64,000 bases of DNA from an uncultured Alphaproteobacteria bacterium (GTDB lineage Bacteria > Pseudomonadota > Alphaproteobacteria > Rhizobiales > Rhizobiaceae): contig CAWIRO010000006.1 of assembly GCA_963838565.1 (NCBI GenBank), positions 6,595-70,594 of the forward strand. The letters are read 5' to 3'. Positions 33,210-44,591 of the stretch are shown here, piece by piece. Position 1 is the stretch's first letter. Every line of letters starts with the position of its first letter. Made by a program: the position numbers and the translations under genes. Below the pieces are notes generated by a model. The model made no database searches, had not been told where the DNA came from, and worked only from the letters and a program-made list of their open reading frames with translations.

Positions 33210-33236
33210 CCGCTTTTGACTGTGCAAACCAGGAGG

Positions 33237-34253
33237 TCACTTGGCTGCGTCGATAACCTTCTTGGCGTCTTCCAGCGTGTATTCCACATTGGCGACGCCA
33301 CCCTGCTGGGTGTTGGCCAGGTTGGTTTCCAGGTTGTCCTGGTCGATACGCAGGAAGGGGACGACGAGATCCTTCTTGACCGGCTTGCCGTCAAGGATCT
33401 GCTGGGCGACCCAGAAGGCCAGCGTCGAAACGCCCGGAGCGACCGAGACCGACATGGTCTGATAGCCGTTGGCGTCCTTCTGCTGTTTCCACCACAGGAG
33501 TTCGTCCTGGCGGTTGCCCATGACGATCGTCGGCGTCGGCCGCTTTGCGGCGGCGAAGGCCTGAGCGGCGCCGTAGCCGTCGCCACCCTGCGTCACAACC
33601 GCTGCGACGTCGGGCAGGCTTGGGAGGATGCCGGCGACGGCACGCTGTGCAACGTCCTGAGCCCAGTCACCATTGACCGAACCAACGATCTTGAATTGCG
33701 GGTTCTTTTCGACGCCCGCCTGAATGCCCGCATGCATAAGGTCGTCGACCGAGACGCCGGCCAGACCACGAATTTCGAGAACGTTGCCGCCCTTCGGCAT
33801 CGCCTTGGCCAGATAGTCGATTTCGCTTTCGCCCATCGCCTTGAAGTCTACACCGATACGCCACGCACAGGGCTCGGTGACGGTGCCGTCGAACGAGACC
33901 ACCGTGATGCCAGCGTCGCAGGCTTCCTTGATCGCGCCATTGAGCGCGGTCGGCGATGCGGCATCGATGACGATCGCGTCATAGCCTTGCAGGATCATGT
34001 TCTGGATCTGGGCTGCCTGTTCGGTCGCCTGATTCTCGCCCGTCGTAAACGGATCGGCTGCAGCCACCACGCCCGACTTCACGGCGTCCTTGGTGATCTT
34101 GTCCCAGCTCGTCAGCATCGCCTGACGCCAGGAATTACCTGCATAATTGTTTGAAAGTGCAATCTTCTTGCCGGATGTGTCCGCAAGAGCCGTAACCGGC
34201 ATTGCCGCGCACGCAACAGCGATCGATGCCAGAAGCATCTTCTTAAAAGTCAT
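33237..34253 (-). CDS. Sugar ABC substrate-binding protein
   Basis: Signal peptide MTFKKMLLASIAVACAA, SNNYAGNSWRQAM, QGYDAIVID, VVSFDG. Confidence 0.9.
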   Translation of the reverse strand: MTFKKMLLASIAVACAAMPVTALADTSGKKIALSNNYAGNSWRQAMLTSWDKITKDAVKSGVVAAADPFTTGENQATEQAAQIQNMILQGYDAIVIDAASPTALNGAIKEACDAGITVVSFDGTVTEPCAWRIGVDFKAMGESEIDYLAKAMPKGGNVLEIRGLAGVSVDDLMHAGIQAGVEKNPQFKIVGSVNGDWAQDVAQRAVAGILPSLPDVAAVVTQGGDGYGAAQAFAAAKRPTPTIVMGNRQDELLWWKQQKDANGYQTMSVSVAPGVSTLAFWVAQQILDGKPVKKDLVVPFLRIDQDNLETNLANTQQGGVANVEYTLEDAKKVIDAAK

Positions 34254-34403
34254 GTCTCTCTCCCTATCACATGCTTGATGTGATTTCCGGACCGCTCCTC
34301 GACGGGAAGCCGAAAATTCTTGTCGCACTGAGGCTCATTCGCTCAGTGAAGGCAGGATGGAAAAGATCTCAGGCCTTGTACAGGCGCATCCAAGCAACCA
34401 GAT

Positions 34404-34438
34404 TGCGGTTTCACGCGCAAAATATGCGGGTTCCCGCA
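34404..34438. promoter_or_regulatory. Tandem palindromes, candidate response-regulator sites
   Basis: Perfect TGCGGG-TT-CCCGCA (34425-34438) and degenerate TGCGGTTTCACGCG (34404-34417), 21 bp apart. Confidence 0.5.
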
Positions 34439-34539
34439 AGACGAAACAGCCTGGCCAGGCGCTTAATAGGCGCGTGAATTCGGGCCGTTTCGTCTTGCTT
34501 GGGGAGAAGCCCGCTGACGGCCCGGGAGGAAGCCTTCGC

Positions 34540-35763
34540 ATGCTCAATTCGGCGCCACGCTCTCTGTTCGATCACTATCTGGGCATATCGCGTCTTCTGG
34601 CGGGGCAGCTCGATTTTCACTCGATCACCCAGGCGGTGGCCGCAGAAATCAATCATATCATTCCGCACGATCATCTCGATGTCTGCATCAAGACTCTCGA
34701 CGGCAAATACCACGTTGCCTATGAGAGCGGCCTGCAGACGGATTGGAGCAAGCATCCTCCCGCGCTTCTGACCGGCAGCCCGATCCGAACGGTTCTCGCG
34801 GGCGAGGAAGACTTCATCCTGACGGCGGATGCCTGTTCAGACCCGAAGTTTCATTTTGACGGCGCCTTCTCGAGCCCCATCATCGCGCTCTCCTTGCGCA
34901 GTCGTATCAATGTGCCTCTGAAGGTGCAGGGCGACATCATTGGCGCCCTCAGCTGCTCGAGCCACGAGATCGGCCGCTACTCCATGGAAGATGTCGGAAA
35001 CGCGCGGTCGATCGCCGATCTGCTCGCACCCTATTTCTTCGCTATCCGTGCCGCCGAACAGGCGAAGCGCTCGGCAATTGTCGAGACCGAGACGCGCGCG
35101 AGAGAGGAGGGGCTAAGGGTCGGCGCGCTGAAGCTCACCGAGGCATTGGAGGCCGAAAGGCAGCGCATCGGGATGGACCTGCACGACCAGACACTTGCCG
35201 ACCTCACGCGGCTTGCCCGTCGAATGGAGAGACTGACCCGGGTACCCGATATGCCGGGCGAGGCGCTGGAGCCGTTGTTTCGCGGGCTGCAGCACTGCAT
35301 GCATGATCTCCGCCAGATCATCGAGGAGGCGAAGCCGTCGGTGCTGCAGCTTTTCGGCCTGGCCCAGGCGATCGAAAATCACCTCGACCGCTCGGTGCGC
35401 GATAGCGGCGCGGTCATCGAATGGCGGCTTGTCGACGAAACCGGTAGCATGGTCGACGGCCTTCATCAGACTGTGATCATCGCGCTGTTCCGCATTGCCC
35501 AGGAGGCGATCAACAATGCCATCCGCCATTCACAGGCCAGCCAGATTGTCGTGCGGCTGCGCGCCGGGGAAGGCAGCCTGTCGATCGAGGTCATCGATGA
35601 CGGAATCGGCATTGAAAATCCCCGCGACCGGATCGGCCACGGCATCGACAATATGAAGACACGCGCGCGGCTGATCTCGGCGAAGTTCGAGGTCGGCAGG
35701 AGTCGCGACGGTACCGGCACTTGTGTTAGCGTCATGCTGCCCACGCAGCGGCTGACCCCTTGA
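34540..35763 (+). CDS. Soluble GAF-domain histidine kinase (HisKA_3 type)
   Basis: GAF region (VPLKVQGDIIGALS), H-box ERQRIGMDLHD, QEAINNAIRH, DDGIG; no TM segments. Confidence 0.88.
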   Translation: MLNSAPRSLFDHYLGISRLLAGQLDFHSITQAVAAEINHIIPHDHLDVCIKTLDGKYHVAYESGLQTDWSKHPPALLTGSPIRTVLAGEEDFILTADACSDPKFHFDGAFSSPIIALSLRSRINVPLKVQGDIIGALSCSSHEIGRYSMEDVGNARSIADLLAPYFFAIRAAEQAKRSAIVETETRAREEGLRVGALKLTEALEAERQRIGMDLHDQTLADLTRLARRMERLTRVPDMPGEALEPLFRGLQHCMHDLRQIIEEAKPSVLQLFGLAQAIENHLDRSVRDSGAVIEWRLVDETGSMVDGLHQTVIIALFRIAQEAINNAIRHSQASQIVVRLRAGEGSLSIEVIDDGIGIENPRDRIGHGIDNMKTRARLISAKFEVGRSRDGTGTCVSVMLPTQRLTP

Positions 35764-36497
35764 TGGAAGAGAAAATGGAAGTCCTGATCGTGGAAGACGA
35801 TGCGTTGCACCGATCGTATCTGCATGAGGCCGTGCGCGCCGCGCTGCCCGAATGCGATACGGTGCTCGAGGCCGAGAATGGCAGGGTGGGCGAGCGTCTG
35901 GCTCGCGAATACCGCTCGGCCCATATCATCATGGACCTGCAGATGAGCGAGCGCAACGGCGTCGAAACGGCGCGCACCATCTGGAAGGAGCGGCCGGAGA
36001 CCCGGATTCTTTTCTGGTCGAACTACTCGGACGAAGCCTATGTGCGCGGCGTCTCGCGGATCGTGCCCGAAGGTGCCGCCTATGGCTATGTGCTCAAATC
36101 GGCCTCCGACGATCGGTTGAAGCTGGCACTCCGCAGCATTTTCATGGAGTCCCAGTGCGTCATCGACCGCGAAGTGCGCGGCATGCAGCAGAAAAGCCTC
36201 GGCAACGCGAACAGCTTTACCGATACCGAATACGAAATCCTCGTGGATATTGCGCTCGGATTGACCGACCGCACGATTGCACGCCGCCGGAACCTCTCGC
36301 TTCGCAGCGTGCAGAACCGCCTTCAACAGCTCTACGAAAAACTGGATGTCCACCGGGCGACGGCCGAAGAGGGCGACGACGGACGCTACAATCTGCGCGC
36401 ACGGGCGGTGACCGTCGCGTTTCTCCGCAAACTGCTCAACTACAGCGCGCTCGAACGTGCCGAGGCCGAATTGACGGAATGGATCAACCGTAGCTGA
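35763..36497 (+). CDS. NarL/LuxR-type response regulator
   Basis: VLIVEDD, MDLQM, YVLK, C-terminal HTH (LTDRTIARRRNLSLRSVQN). Confidence 0.9.
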   Translation: MEEKMEVLIVEDDALHRSYLHEAVRAALPECDTVLEAENGRVGERLAREYRSAHIIMDLQMSERNGVETARTIWKERPETRILFWSNYSDEAYVRGVSRIVPEGAAYGYVLKSASDDRLKLALRSIFMESQCVIDREVRGMQQKSLGNANSFTDTEYEILVDIALGLTDRTIARRRNLSLRSVQNRLQQLYEKLDVHRATAEEGDDGRYNLRARAVTVAFLRKLLNYSALERAEAELTEWINRS

Positions 36498-36767
36498 CCG
36501 AAGCTGAAACCGGAGCGCGATATCCAAAGCCGCGGTGGGTTCAACCGGTCAACGCAACCTGATCAATTTCATAGGCGTTCTAGGGGCTCGCAGAACGATC
36601 GCTAGGCCCGGCCTCTCAAGCGTGCCGAAAGCCGACCCCAGCATGCGCGCCGTAGCGCTAGGTATCACACAGCCTTGTGATGCACAGTAGAGCAACGCCA
36701 GAGCATCGGTCTTCGGCAGCCACGTTGCCAAAACGGCGCCGCATCGCTGACGCGTTGGCCACGGATT

Positions 36768-38458
36768 TCATAGGGTCGGTTCGTGGAGTTTTTCTGGTGC
36801 GCTCTCCTTTGGACGAACCGTCGACGATCCGTTCTGTTCCAGCGCCACGGCTGCTGCAAGAAGACCTTGCGTATACGGATGAGTGGGCGCGCTTAAGAGA
36901 TCTGCTGCCGCACCCTTCTCGACCACTTTTCCGGCTTGCAGGACGATAACACTATCACACAGCTCGCTTACGACGGCGAGGTCATGGCTGATGAAGACGA
37001 GGGTCAGTGAGCGTGTGCGTTGCAGCTCCTTGAGCAGCTTGAGCACCTGCGCCTGGATAGACACGTCGAGAGCGGAGACGATCTCGTCGCAGATCAGCAG
37101 CTGCGGCGACAGCGCAAGAGCGCGCGCGATGTTGACCCGTTGGCGCTGGCCGCCCGACAATTCGCGCGGCAGCCGATTGAGATGCATGCTCGATAGGCCG
37201 ACCTCCTCGAAGCAAGGCGACTACGGCATCCCGGCGCTGACGCCGGGGCATGCCGGAGATCGCGAATGGCTCTCCGACCGCTTGTTCGACGTTGAGCCGC
37301 GGATTGAGCGCACCGTAGGAGTCCTGGAAGATGTACTGGATGCGTGCGCGATAGGCTGCCGGCATCCGGGTCGGATCGGCCAGCGCCTGGCCATCGAAAT
37401 GGACGGCTTCCGGACTCGATCGCGCGACAGGCCGACGATGGACTTTGGCGACCGTGCTCTTGCCGCTGCCGCTTTCGCCGACAATGCCGAGCGCGCTGCC
37501 CCGCGGAACGTCGAAGGTGACCCGATCGACGGCCATGATCGGGCGGGCGAAAGGACCGCGGCCCGGATAGGAGACGACGAGATCGCGCGACGGACAGCAG
37601 GCTTGCCGGTCGCTGCTTCGGAGCCGGTTTGCGATGGAGCGGACGGACGCGTGCCGGCTGCGTGCACGCGCGGGCGTGCATTCGAGCAGCATGCGCGTGT
37701 AGTCCTGCTTCGGTGCCGTCAGCACCTCGCCGGCGGGGCCCTGTTCGACGGTCTTCGCCCTTCTGCAGAACCAGGACGTCGTCGGCGTAGTTGGCGACAA
37801 TGCCGAGATCGTGGGTGATCAGCAGCATGGCCATGCCGCGCGCCTGCTGAAGGCGCTTGAGCAATTGCAGGATCTGGGCCTGCACGGTCATGTCGAGCGC
37901 GGTCGTCGGCTCGTCGGCGATCAGCAGCGACGGATTGCCGGCCAGGGCGATGGCGATCGCAACGCGCTGCTGCTGGCCGCCGGACAGTTCGTGCGGGTAG
38001 CGCCGGGCTGCGTCGGGAACCTTATCGAGGCCCACCTCCGCCAGCAGCTCGGCAATGCGCCGCTCGGCATCGCCTTTGCGCCGCACGTCCTGCGGCAGGA
38101 CCTCGGCGATCTGGGAGGCAACGGTCATCAGCGGATTGAGCGCCGCCGACGGATCCTGGAATACAACGGCGATTTCGCGGCCGCGAACCGTGCGCAGCTC
38201 CTTCTCGGACAGGGTCGAGCAGATCGCGGTCCGCGAACATTGCGCGCCCGGACGTCGAAACCGTCGTACCCGCCGGCGTCAGGCCGATCAGCGACATGGC
38301 GGTCATCGACTTGCCCGATCCGGATTCGCCGACCAGGGCCAGGGTCCGGCCCCGCTGCGATGTTCGAATGAGACGCCGTCGACGGCCCGGACCGATCCGG
38401 AGCGACCGCTGATGGTGACGCGAAGATCGATGACGGAGAGGAGGGGAGCTTGGGTCAT
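36768..38458 (-). CDS. Fused peptide ABC ATPase, multiply frameshifted
   Basis: Pieces: [54 protein letters not shown]. Confidence 0.8.
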
Positions 38459-39394
38459 GCTTTCCTCAGGCGGGGATCGATGAAGTTTCTGGATGATGTC
38501 GGTGACGAGGTTGGCGAAGATGACGGCGAAGCCGAGCCAGATGATGATGGCCTGCACGACCGGATAGTCGCGACCCTTGATGGCCTGCAGCGTCATGCGT
38601 GCCGAGGCCGGGCAGGCCGAAGACGACTTCCATGGTGATGGCGCCGGTGAAGACCCCGCCAGCATCAGGCCGGCCAGCGCGATGACCACGGTCGAGCGCA
38701 TTCGGCAGCACGTGCCGCAGCGATGATGCGCGCGTGGCTGAGCCCCTTGGCGCGGGCGGTGCGGACGATATTCGGCGGACTCGATCATCCTTCATGTCCT
38801 CGTAGAGCAGCTTGGCGAGCGTGCCGGCGATGTCGATGCCGAGGATCAGGGCGGGCACGACGAAGTTGCCGATCGCCGGGATCCAGTGCAGCCAGACGGC
38901 AAAGACGATCACGCAGACGATGCCGATCGAGAAGGTCGGCATGGTGATCGACCAGATGGTGATCGCCTCGACCAGCCCGACGAAGATCGAACGCGGAAAC
39001 AGGCAGGCCAGCGTCGGCAGCGCGATGCCGAGCACGAGGCCGATGGCGAGCGCGGCGGCCCCCAGCATCATGCGTCGAGGGCAGGACCGTGGCGAGCAGG
39101 TCGACGATCGGGATGGCGAAGCGCGACGGACATGCCGAGATTGCCCGATAGCGATCATGCCGAGCCATTCGAAGAACTGCGTCGATCCAGGGCTTGTTGA
39201 GCCCGAGTTCGTCGCGCATCGCGGTCTGCTGCGAATAGGTCAGCGAGCCTTCGAGCCCGCGCACGTCGACCACGTCGCCGGGGATCATGCGGATGACGAA
39301 GAAGGTGAAGACGACGATGCCGACGGCAATGGCGAGCGACGCGCAGGACGTCGACGCCGATGCCGGCCAAGAGCCGCGTGAGATGCGGGTTCAT
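38455..39394 (-). CDS. Peptide ABC permease (DppB-like), multiply frameshifted
   Basis: MIPGD, ELGLNKP, HVLPNA, EVVFGLPGLG, RDYPVVQA. Confidence 0.78.
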
Positions 39395-40253
39395 AGGGTG
39401 ACACTCCTGCGGGAGACGTCGAAGCGCTGGCGCATCGTCGTTGCCGACGATGGCAAGGGCGAAGGTGACCAGCGACAGCGCGATGATGGGCGCCAGCGCC
39501 GCATGCGGCGCCTCCTCGATGTAGGGCGTGGCGCTGGCGATCATGCGGCCCCAGGTCGGGGTTTCGGGGGACACGCCGAGCCCGAGGAAGCTCAGCACCG
39601 ATTCCGATACGATGCAGCGCGGCAGGATGATGGCGAACTGCGTGATCAGGGCGCCGGCGATGTTGGGCAGCACATGGACGAGCGGCGACGCGCAGTCCGG
39701 CCCGCGCCCAGCACCTTGGCGGCGGCCGTATAGGGCTGCGCCATCTGCTGCAGGTAGGTGGCGCGCGTCATCGAGCGCGAAATTGGGGGCGAAGGAAACG
39801 CCGAGCGCGAGGATCACCGCGCCGACGCCGGGCTCGAAGGCGACGATGCAGGCCAGTGCGAAGAGGATGCCCGGCAGGGCACGGATGAGGTCGATGAGGG
39901 CGAACAGCGCGATCTCGGCCACCTTGCCGAGGGCCATGGCAAGCAGCGCGGCCAGGCGCCGATGCCCAGGGCGACGAGCGCCGCGCCCGGCGCCGTAGAG
40001 CAGGCTGAGGCCGGTGCCGACGATGAGGCGGGAATAGACGTCCTGTCCCTGCGTCGTCGGTGCCGAGGATATGGTCGTCGCTCGGGCGGCTGTTCATGTC
40101 CGCGCTGAACGTAGGGGATCCTGCGTGACCAGCAAGGGGCCGGCCACCGCGACGAACAGCGTGATGGCGACGATCAGCACGGCGATGATGGTCATGCGGG
40201 AGAGGCCCGAAAAGGGCAGGCTGCGGCGTTTCGAGCTGGGCTTCGACCGACAT
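39391..40253 (-). CDS. Peptide ABC permease (DppC-like), multiply frameshifted
   Basis: HILGTDD, HVLPNI, ESVLSFLGLG, PTWG. Confidence 0.78.
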
Positions 40254-40281
40254 GTTCGGGCCTTCCTTTGCGTTCGCTGGC

Positions 40282-41821
40282 TTACTTCTCGATCCAGGCG
40301 AAGGCGACGCCGCCATCGACACGATGGGCCGAGTAGTTGAAGCCGATCGTCATGTCGTGAACCTTCGGGCTGATGGCGATAGGCGGTCGGCGCCTGGCCG
40401 AGGCCGATGGTGTAGTACTTGTCCATCACCCGCTTCCAGGCCTGCGAGATAGAGTTGGCCCGGGTCTGCTGCGGATCGGCGGTCGAGATCGCCGACTTGA
40501 TCAGCGCGTCGAGCTCGGGATCCTGGATGCCGCCCCACAGGCCGGGATTCGGACCATCGCTCATCAGGCGCACCTAGCGCAGGAAGATGTCGTTGCGGGC
40601 GCCCGAACCACCGGGGAAGATGTCCCAGTCGTACTGCGGACAGCGCGCGCTGGTAGCCGAGGTCGTCGAACTCCTTGATGTCGACGTCGAAGCCCAGCTG
40701 GCGCAGGAGTCTGGGCCAGCGGCGGGCCGCTGCGGCTGCGCGAGCCGGTCGAGACCATGTAGAGGTTGTAGTCGCTCGGCTTGATGCCCTACTTCGGCGA
40801 TCAGCTGTCTTGGCGCGCTTCGCCAGATCCGGCTTCAGTTGTGCGGATCGTCGGCGGCGAGTGTCGGCGTCGTAGAAGAAGTTGCCCTTGCCGACCATCT
40901 GGTTGCCGGGAGTGCCGTAGTCGCCGTGCATCGACCTTCATGATCTGCGTCCGGTCGAGGGCGTAGGCGACCGCCTCGCGCACCTTGATGTTGTCGAAGG
41001 GCGGGCGCGGGTTGCGGTTGTTGAACGAGATGAAGTCCCAGCTCGTGCCGCCTGGAAGATCGATGGTGAAGCCGGCGTCCTTCAGCGTCTTGATCTTGTT
41101 CAGCGGAATGCGGGCCACGTCGTAGTCGCCGGCGCGCAGCGCCGAGCGACGCATCGGCGATCTCGCGCACGTCGAACTCGACGTCATCGAGATAGGGCTG
41201 CCCCTTCATCCAGTAGTCGGCGAACTTGTGGCCCTTGAGGGCAAGCTGCGGCGTCCAGCTGTCGAAGGTGAAGGGGCCGGTGCCGATCGGATGGGTGATG
41301 TTGTCGTCCCAGCCCGGCGATTCCGGCGCCAGGATCCAGGCTTCGGCGATGCAGGTTGAGGAAGGGCGCGAACGGCGCCTTCATCTTGACGACGAAGGTG
41401 TTGTCGTCCGGGGTCGCAGAAGCTCTCCACCTGTTCCATGGCGGTGGTCAGCCAGCCGCCCTTCGACCTTGTCGCGGATGCGCTCGAAATTCTTCATCAC
41501 GTCGTCCGCGGTCATGACGCGGCCGTTGTGGAACTTGACGCCCTGGCGCAGGTTGAAGGTGTAGGTCAGCGCCGTCGTGCGAGACCGTCCAGCTCTCGGC
41601 GAGCAGGCCCTTCGGGCTGCCGTCCTTGGAGATCGAGGTCAGCGTTTCGGCGAAGGAATGCGGCAGGGAGATGGTGCCGGTGTGACGGTGGAAGTCCGTC
41701 GTATCCAGCGTGCCCCATTTCAGGTGCAGAGTGCCGCCATAGACGGGCTGCTCGGCCGCAAGGCCGGCGCCGCTTGCCCGATCAGCAGGGCAGCGGCCAG
41801 GGATAACAGTATCTTTTTCAT
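40282..41821 (-). CDS. Family-5 ABC substrate-binding protein, multiply frameshifted
   Basis: MKKILLSLAAALL signal, PVYGGTL, LLAESWTVS, PIGTGPF, PYLD, PFDNIKVREAVAYALDR. Confidence 0.78.
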
Positions 41822-41863
41822 AACAGCTCCTGGGAGGTGATTCTGGGGAGGCAGTCGGGAGGG

Positions 41864-43184
41864 TCAGTTCTGGGGAAGGGCCAGTCCGTCCATGCCGGAT
41901 CTGGGAAGATCGAGAAAACGCAGGATCGTGGGCGCGATGTCGATCAGGCGGCGTGACGCCGTGCTTCGACGGTGCCCGGGGCAAAGCCGCCGCCATTGAC
42001 GGCGAGGAACGGGTGGCGCTCGAAGCCGCCGAGCCCGCCATGGCTGCCGAAACCTTCCGGCTTGCCGGGCTTCGCTTCGTCGACGCAAAGCGTGATCTGG
42101 CCGCGGCACGCCGAATTCGTTCGGCTCTTCGTTGCGCGCCATCGCCACGACGATGGCGAGGCCGTCGCCGGGGCGCTGGCCGAGATGCAGCATTTCGTCT
42201 CCGTAGAAGACTTCGGCGGCCCAGGGCTGAGCGCGCAGGAAGGACAGGATGGCCGGCGCACGATCCGGCCGCGCGTCGGCGAGATAGATCAGCCCGCTGC
42301 CGCCCTGCGGCGCCACCACGACATCGGTGCTGTCCGGGCCGTCCTTCAGTCCGGCTTCGATCGAGCTCGTCCGCAACGGCGATGCGGGCCGATGACGGTT
42401 TCCTGGCCATGGTCGGAGCCGGCGAGCAGCAGGATGTCCTCGCCCTCGGCGCGCAGGCGCTCGACGACAGTGTCCTCGACGCGGCCGAAGGCAGCGGTCA
42501 GCGCAGGCGATGCCGTCGAGATGGGTCTGCGAGCCGAGCTTGTCGGCGTGCATGGCGGAGTCCGGATTGGCGAGCCAGAGCACGGCAAGGCGCGGCTTGC
42601 GCTTCATCAGCACCTCGTCGCAGAACCAGTCGGCGAGCGCCTCGTCGCCGGCATAGTCATGGCTGACGACCGGCGCCTGATCGAGGCCGAGCACCTCGCC
42701 GCCGGGACCGAACGAGCCGGCGCGATGCACGACATGGCCGAAATGATCCGGATCCTGGAAATAGGCGGCTCCGGGAGAGACGTTGGAGGCGATGACGGCA
42801 CCGCCGTAAGGCGCCAGCCGCTCCGCCAGCGTCGGCACCTTCAGCGTCCGGCCGAAGGCATTGCGCAGTCTTGCCGACGAAGGCCGGATCGCCGACGTCA
42901 TGCACGCGCAAGCCGTCGCCGTCGGGCAGGCCCATGGAATTGCCGTGCAGGCCATGATTGGCCGGCCAGCAGCCTGTCGCGATCGAGGCCGCGCTTGCGC
43001 GTGTCGCCGAAGGGAAGATCGCCCGATGATTGGCGAAACTGCGCGAGCGGGAGACGAAATCGAAGATGCGCGGGCAGGTATCCTGCCGCACGAAATCGGC
43101 GCGATGGCCGTCGCAGATCACCAGGACCACGCGGCCCATGTCCTGCGCCTTCCCGGCGGGCTCGGATAGTGACGTCGAATTCAC
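41864..43184 (-). CDS. Alkaline-phosphatase-superfamily NPP/type-I phosphodiesterase-like hydrolase, frameshifted
   Basis: VVLVICDGHRAD, FPSATR (Thr nucleophile), NPDSAMH, GSDHG, GSHGG; no signal peptide. Confidence 0.8.
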
Positions 43185-44454
43185 AGTTGCACTCCATTGA
43201 TAGCGTAATCGAAGATGTCGAAATTTCTCAGCCCGGCTGCGGCGCGCGCGCCGAAGTCGGGATCGAGCCGATGGGAGAGAATGAAGGGCACCTTCTGCTC
43301 GCTGGTGCCGCCGTGCGAACGCAGCCGCTGACCGGCAAGCGCGGAGAGATCATGCTCTTGAGCGGTCGCGCCAAGCGCCACGCCGGGGCCGGCCACCACC
43401 ACGATGTCGCCTTCGCCTTCGAGCGGCAGCTCGTAGCGCACGCACGCTTCCGCGCCCGTCAAAGCGATTTCGACACCATCCAGCCCGGCAATGTGATGTT
43501 TCACGGCCTCCGCATCGATATCGTCGCGCATCAGGTAGACACGGACGAAGCCGCCGAGCGATGCGTGGTGACGCGTGAACGGATCGGTGATCGGGCAGAT
43601 GACGCGCGCCGCACCGGGACCGAACACCTTCTCGATCTCGTCCTGAACATAGAGCACGCGCGCAGCGCCATCCGGCAATGCCATGTCGTTCATGCCGTGA
43701 TCGGCGACGATGCCGACGACCGCGCCCAATGCCAGCAGCCGGGCGACCCGTCCGGTCGACCGCTCTCATGAAGGCAATCGCTTCCGGCTCTGCCGGCGCA
43801 TGCTTGTGCTGCACATAGTCCGACAGCGACAGATAGATGATGTCGCAGTCATGCCGCTCCATGCAGAGCAACGCCGGCATCGAGCACGAAGAGCGACAGG
43901 TCGGCGGAATATTTGTCTGGCGCGCCGGCCGTCTCGCCGATCGGGCCGATCGCCGCGATGGCATCTGCCGGCGATTCAGCCGACACGGCGATCCCCGTAT
44001 GCCCTCGCGCCAGCGCCTTCAGCAGCTTGTCCTTGGCTGTGACGATGGCGACGTTGGCACCGGCGGCGGAAAACCGCGCAAGAATTGTCTCGGCGCGCAT
44101 CTGATGCCCGTCGAGCACCATGACCTCGCGGCCGGTCTCGCGATCGAGATAGTAGTTGCCGGCGACGCCGGTCACCGCAGGCGGTGCGCCGCAGACGATG
44201 GCGATGTTGTTGGGATTGGTGAAGGTCGGCATCGCCGCAAGGGCGATGCCGTAGAAACCATCCGCCATCATTGCGGAGAGCGCCGGAATGGCGTCGGCTG
44301 CCTGGGCTGCCTCGAGATAGGCGGGATCGCATCCGTCAAAGCAGATCACGACGACCGGCTTCGCCGGCCGACGATAACTGCGACCATTGACAATCAACGG
44401 TTCGGTTGCGTGTTCATCTGATGCCAATTTCCCGCTCTCCGTGTTCATAAGCAT
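43181..44454 (-). CDS. phnA: Phosphonoacetate hydrolase; frameshifts near 43865 and 43765
   Basis: VNGRSYRRPAKPVVVICFDGC, MPTFTNPNN, GNYYLD, TAKDKL, YSADLS, DYVQHK, ADHGMN, PITDP, HHASLG, LRSHGG, all characteristic PhnA motifs. Confidence 0.88.
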
Positions 44455-44591
44455 GTCACTCGAATAGAAGTATGTTATCAGATTATAGTATTACCTACAG
44501 TAGTACTAAGTGTTGTCTTAGGTAGGATTGCAATATTCTCAGCATCAAGTAAATTGAGTTTTTGTTTGATCTGTGTGAGGTATCGGAACAG

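Noticed and set aside
41972-43771. 599-aa plus-strand ORF (likewise 6324-7493, 29813-30988, 49955-51343, 55619-57052, 59388-60584)
   Set aside because: Long antisense ORFs expected in high-GC DNA opposite genes with recognisable motifs; no motifs of their own.
44487-44530. TACCTA..TAGGTA inverted repeat in the AT-rich phnA-lysR spacer
   Set aside because: Too short and widely spaced to call as an operator; no convincing Pho box was seen either.
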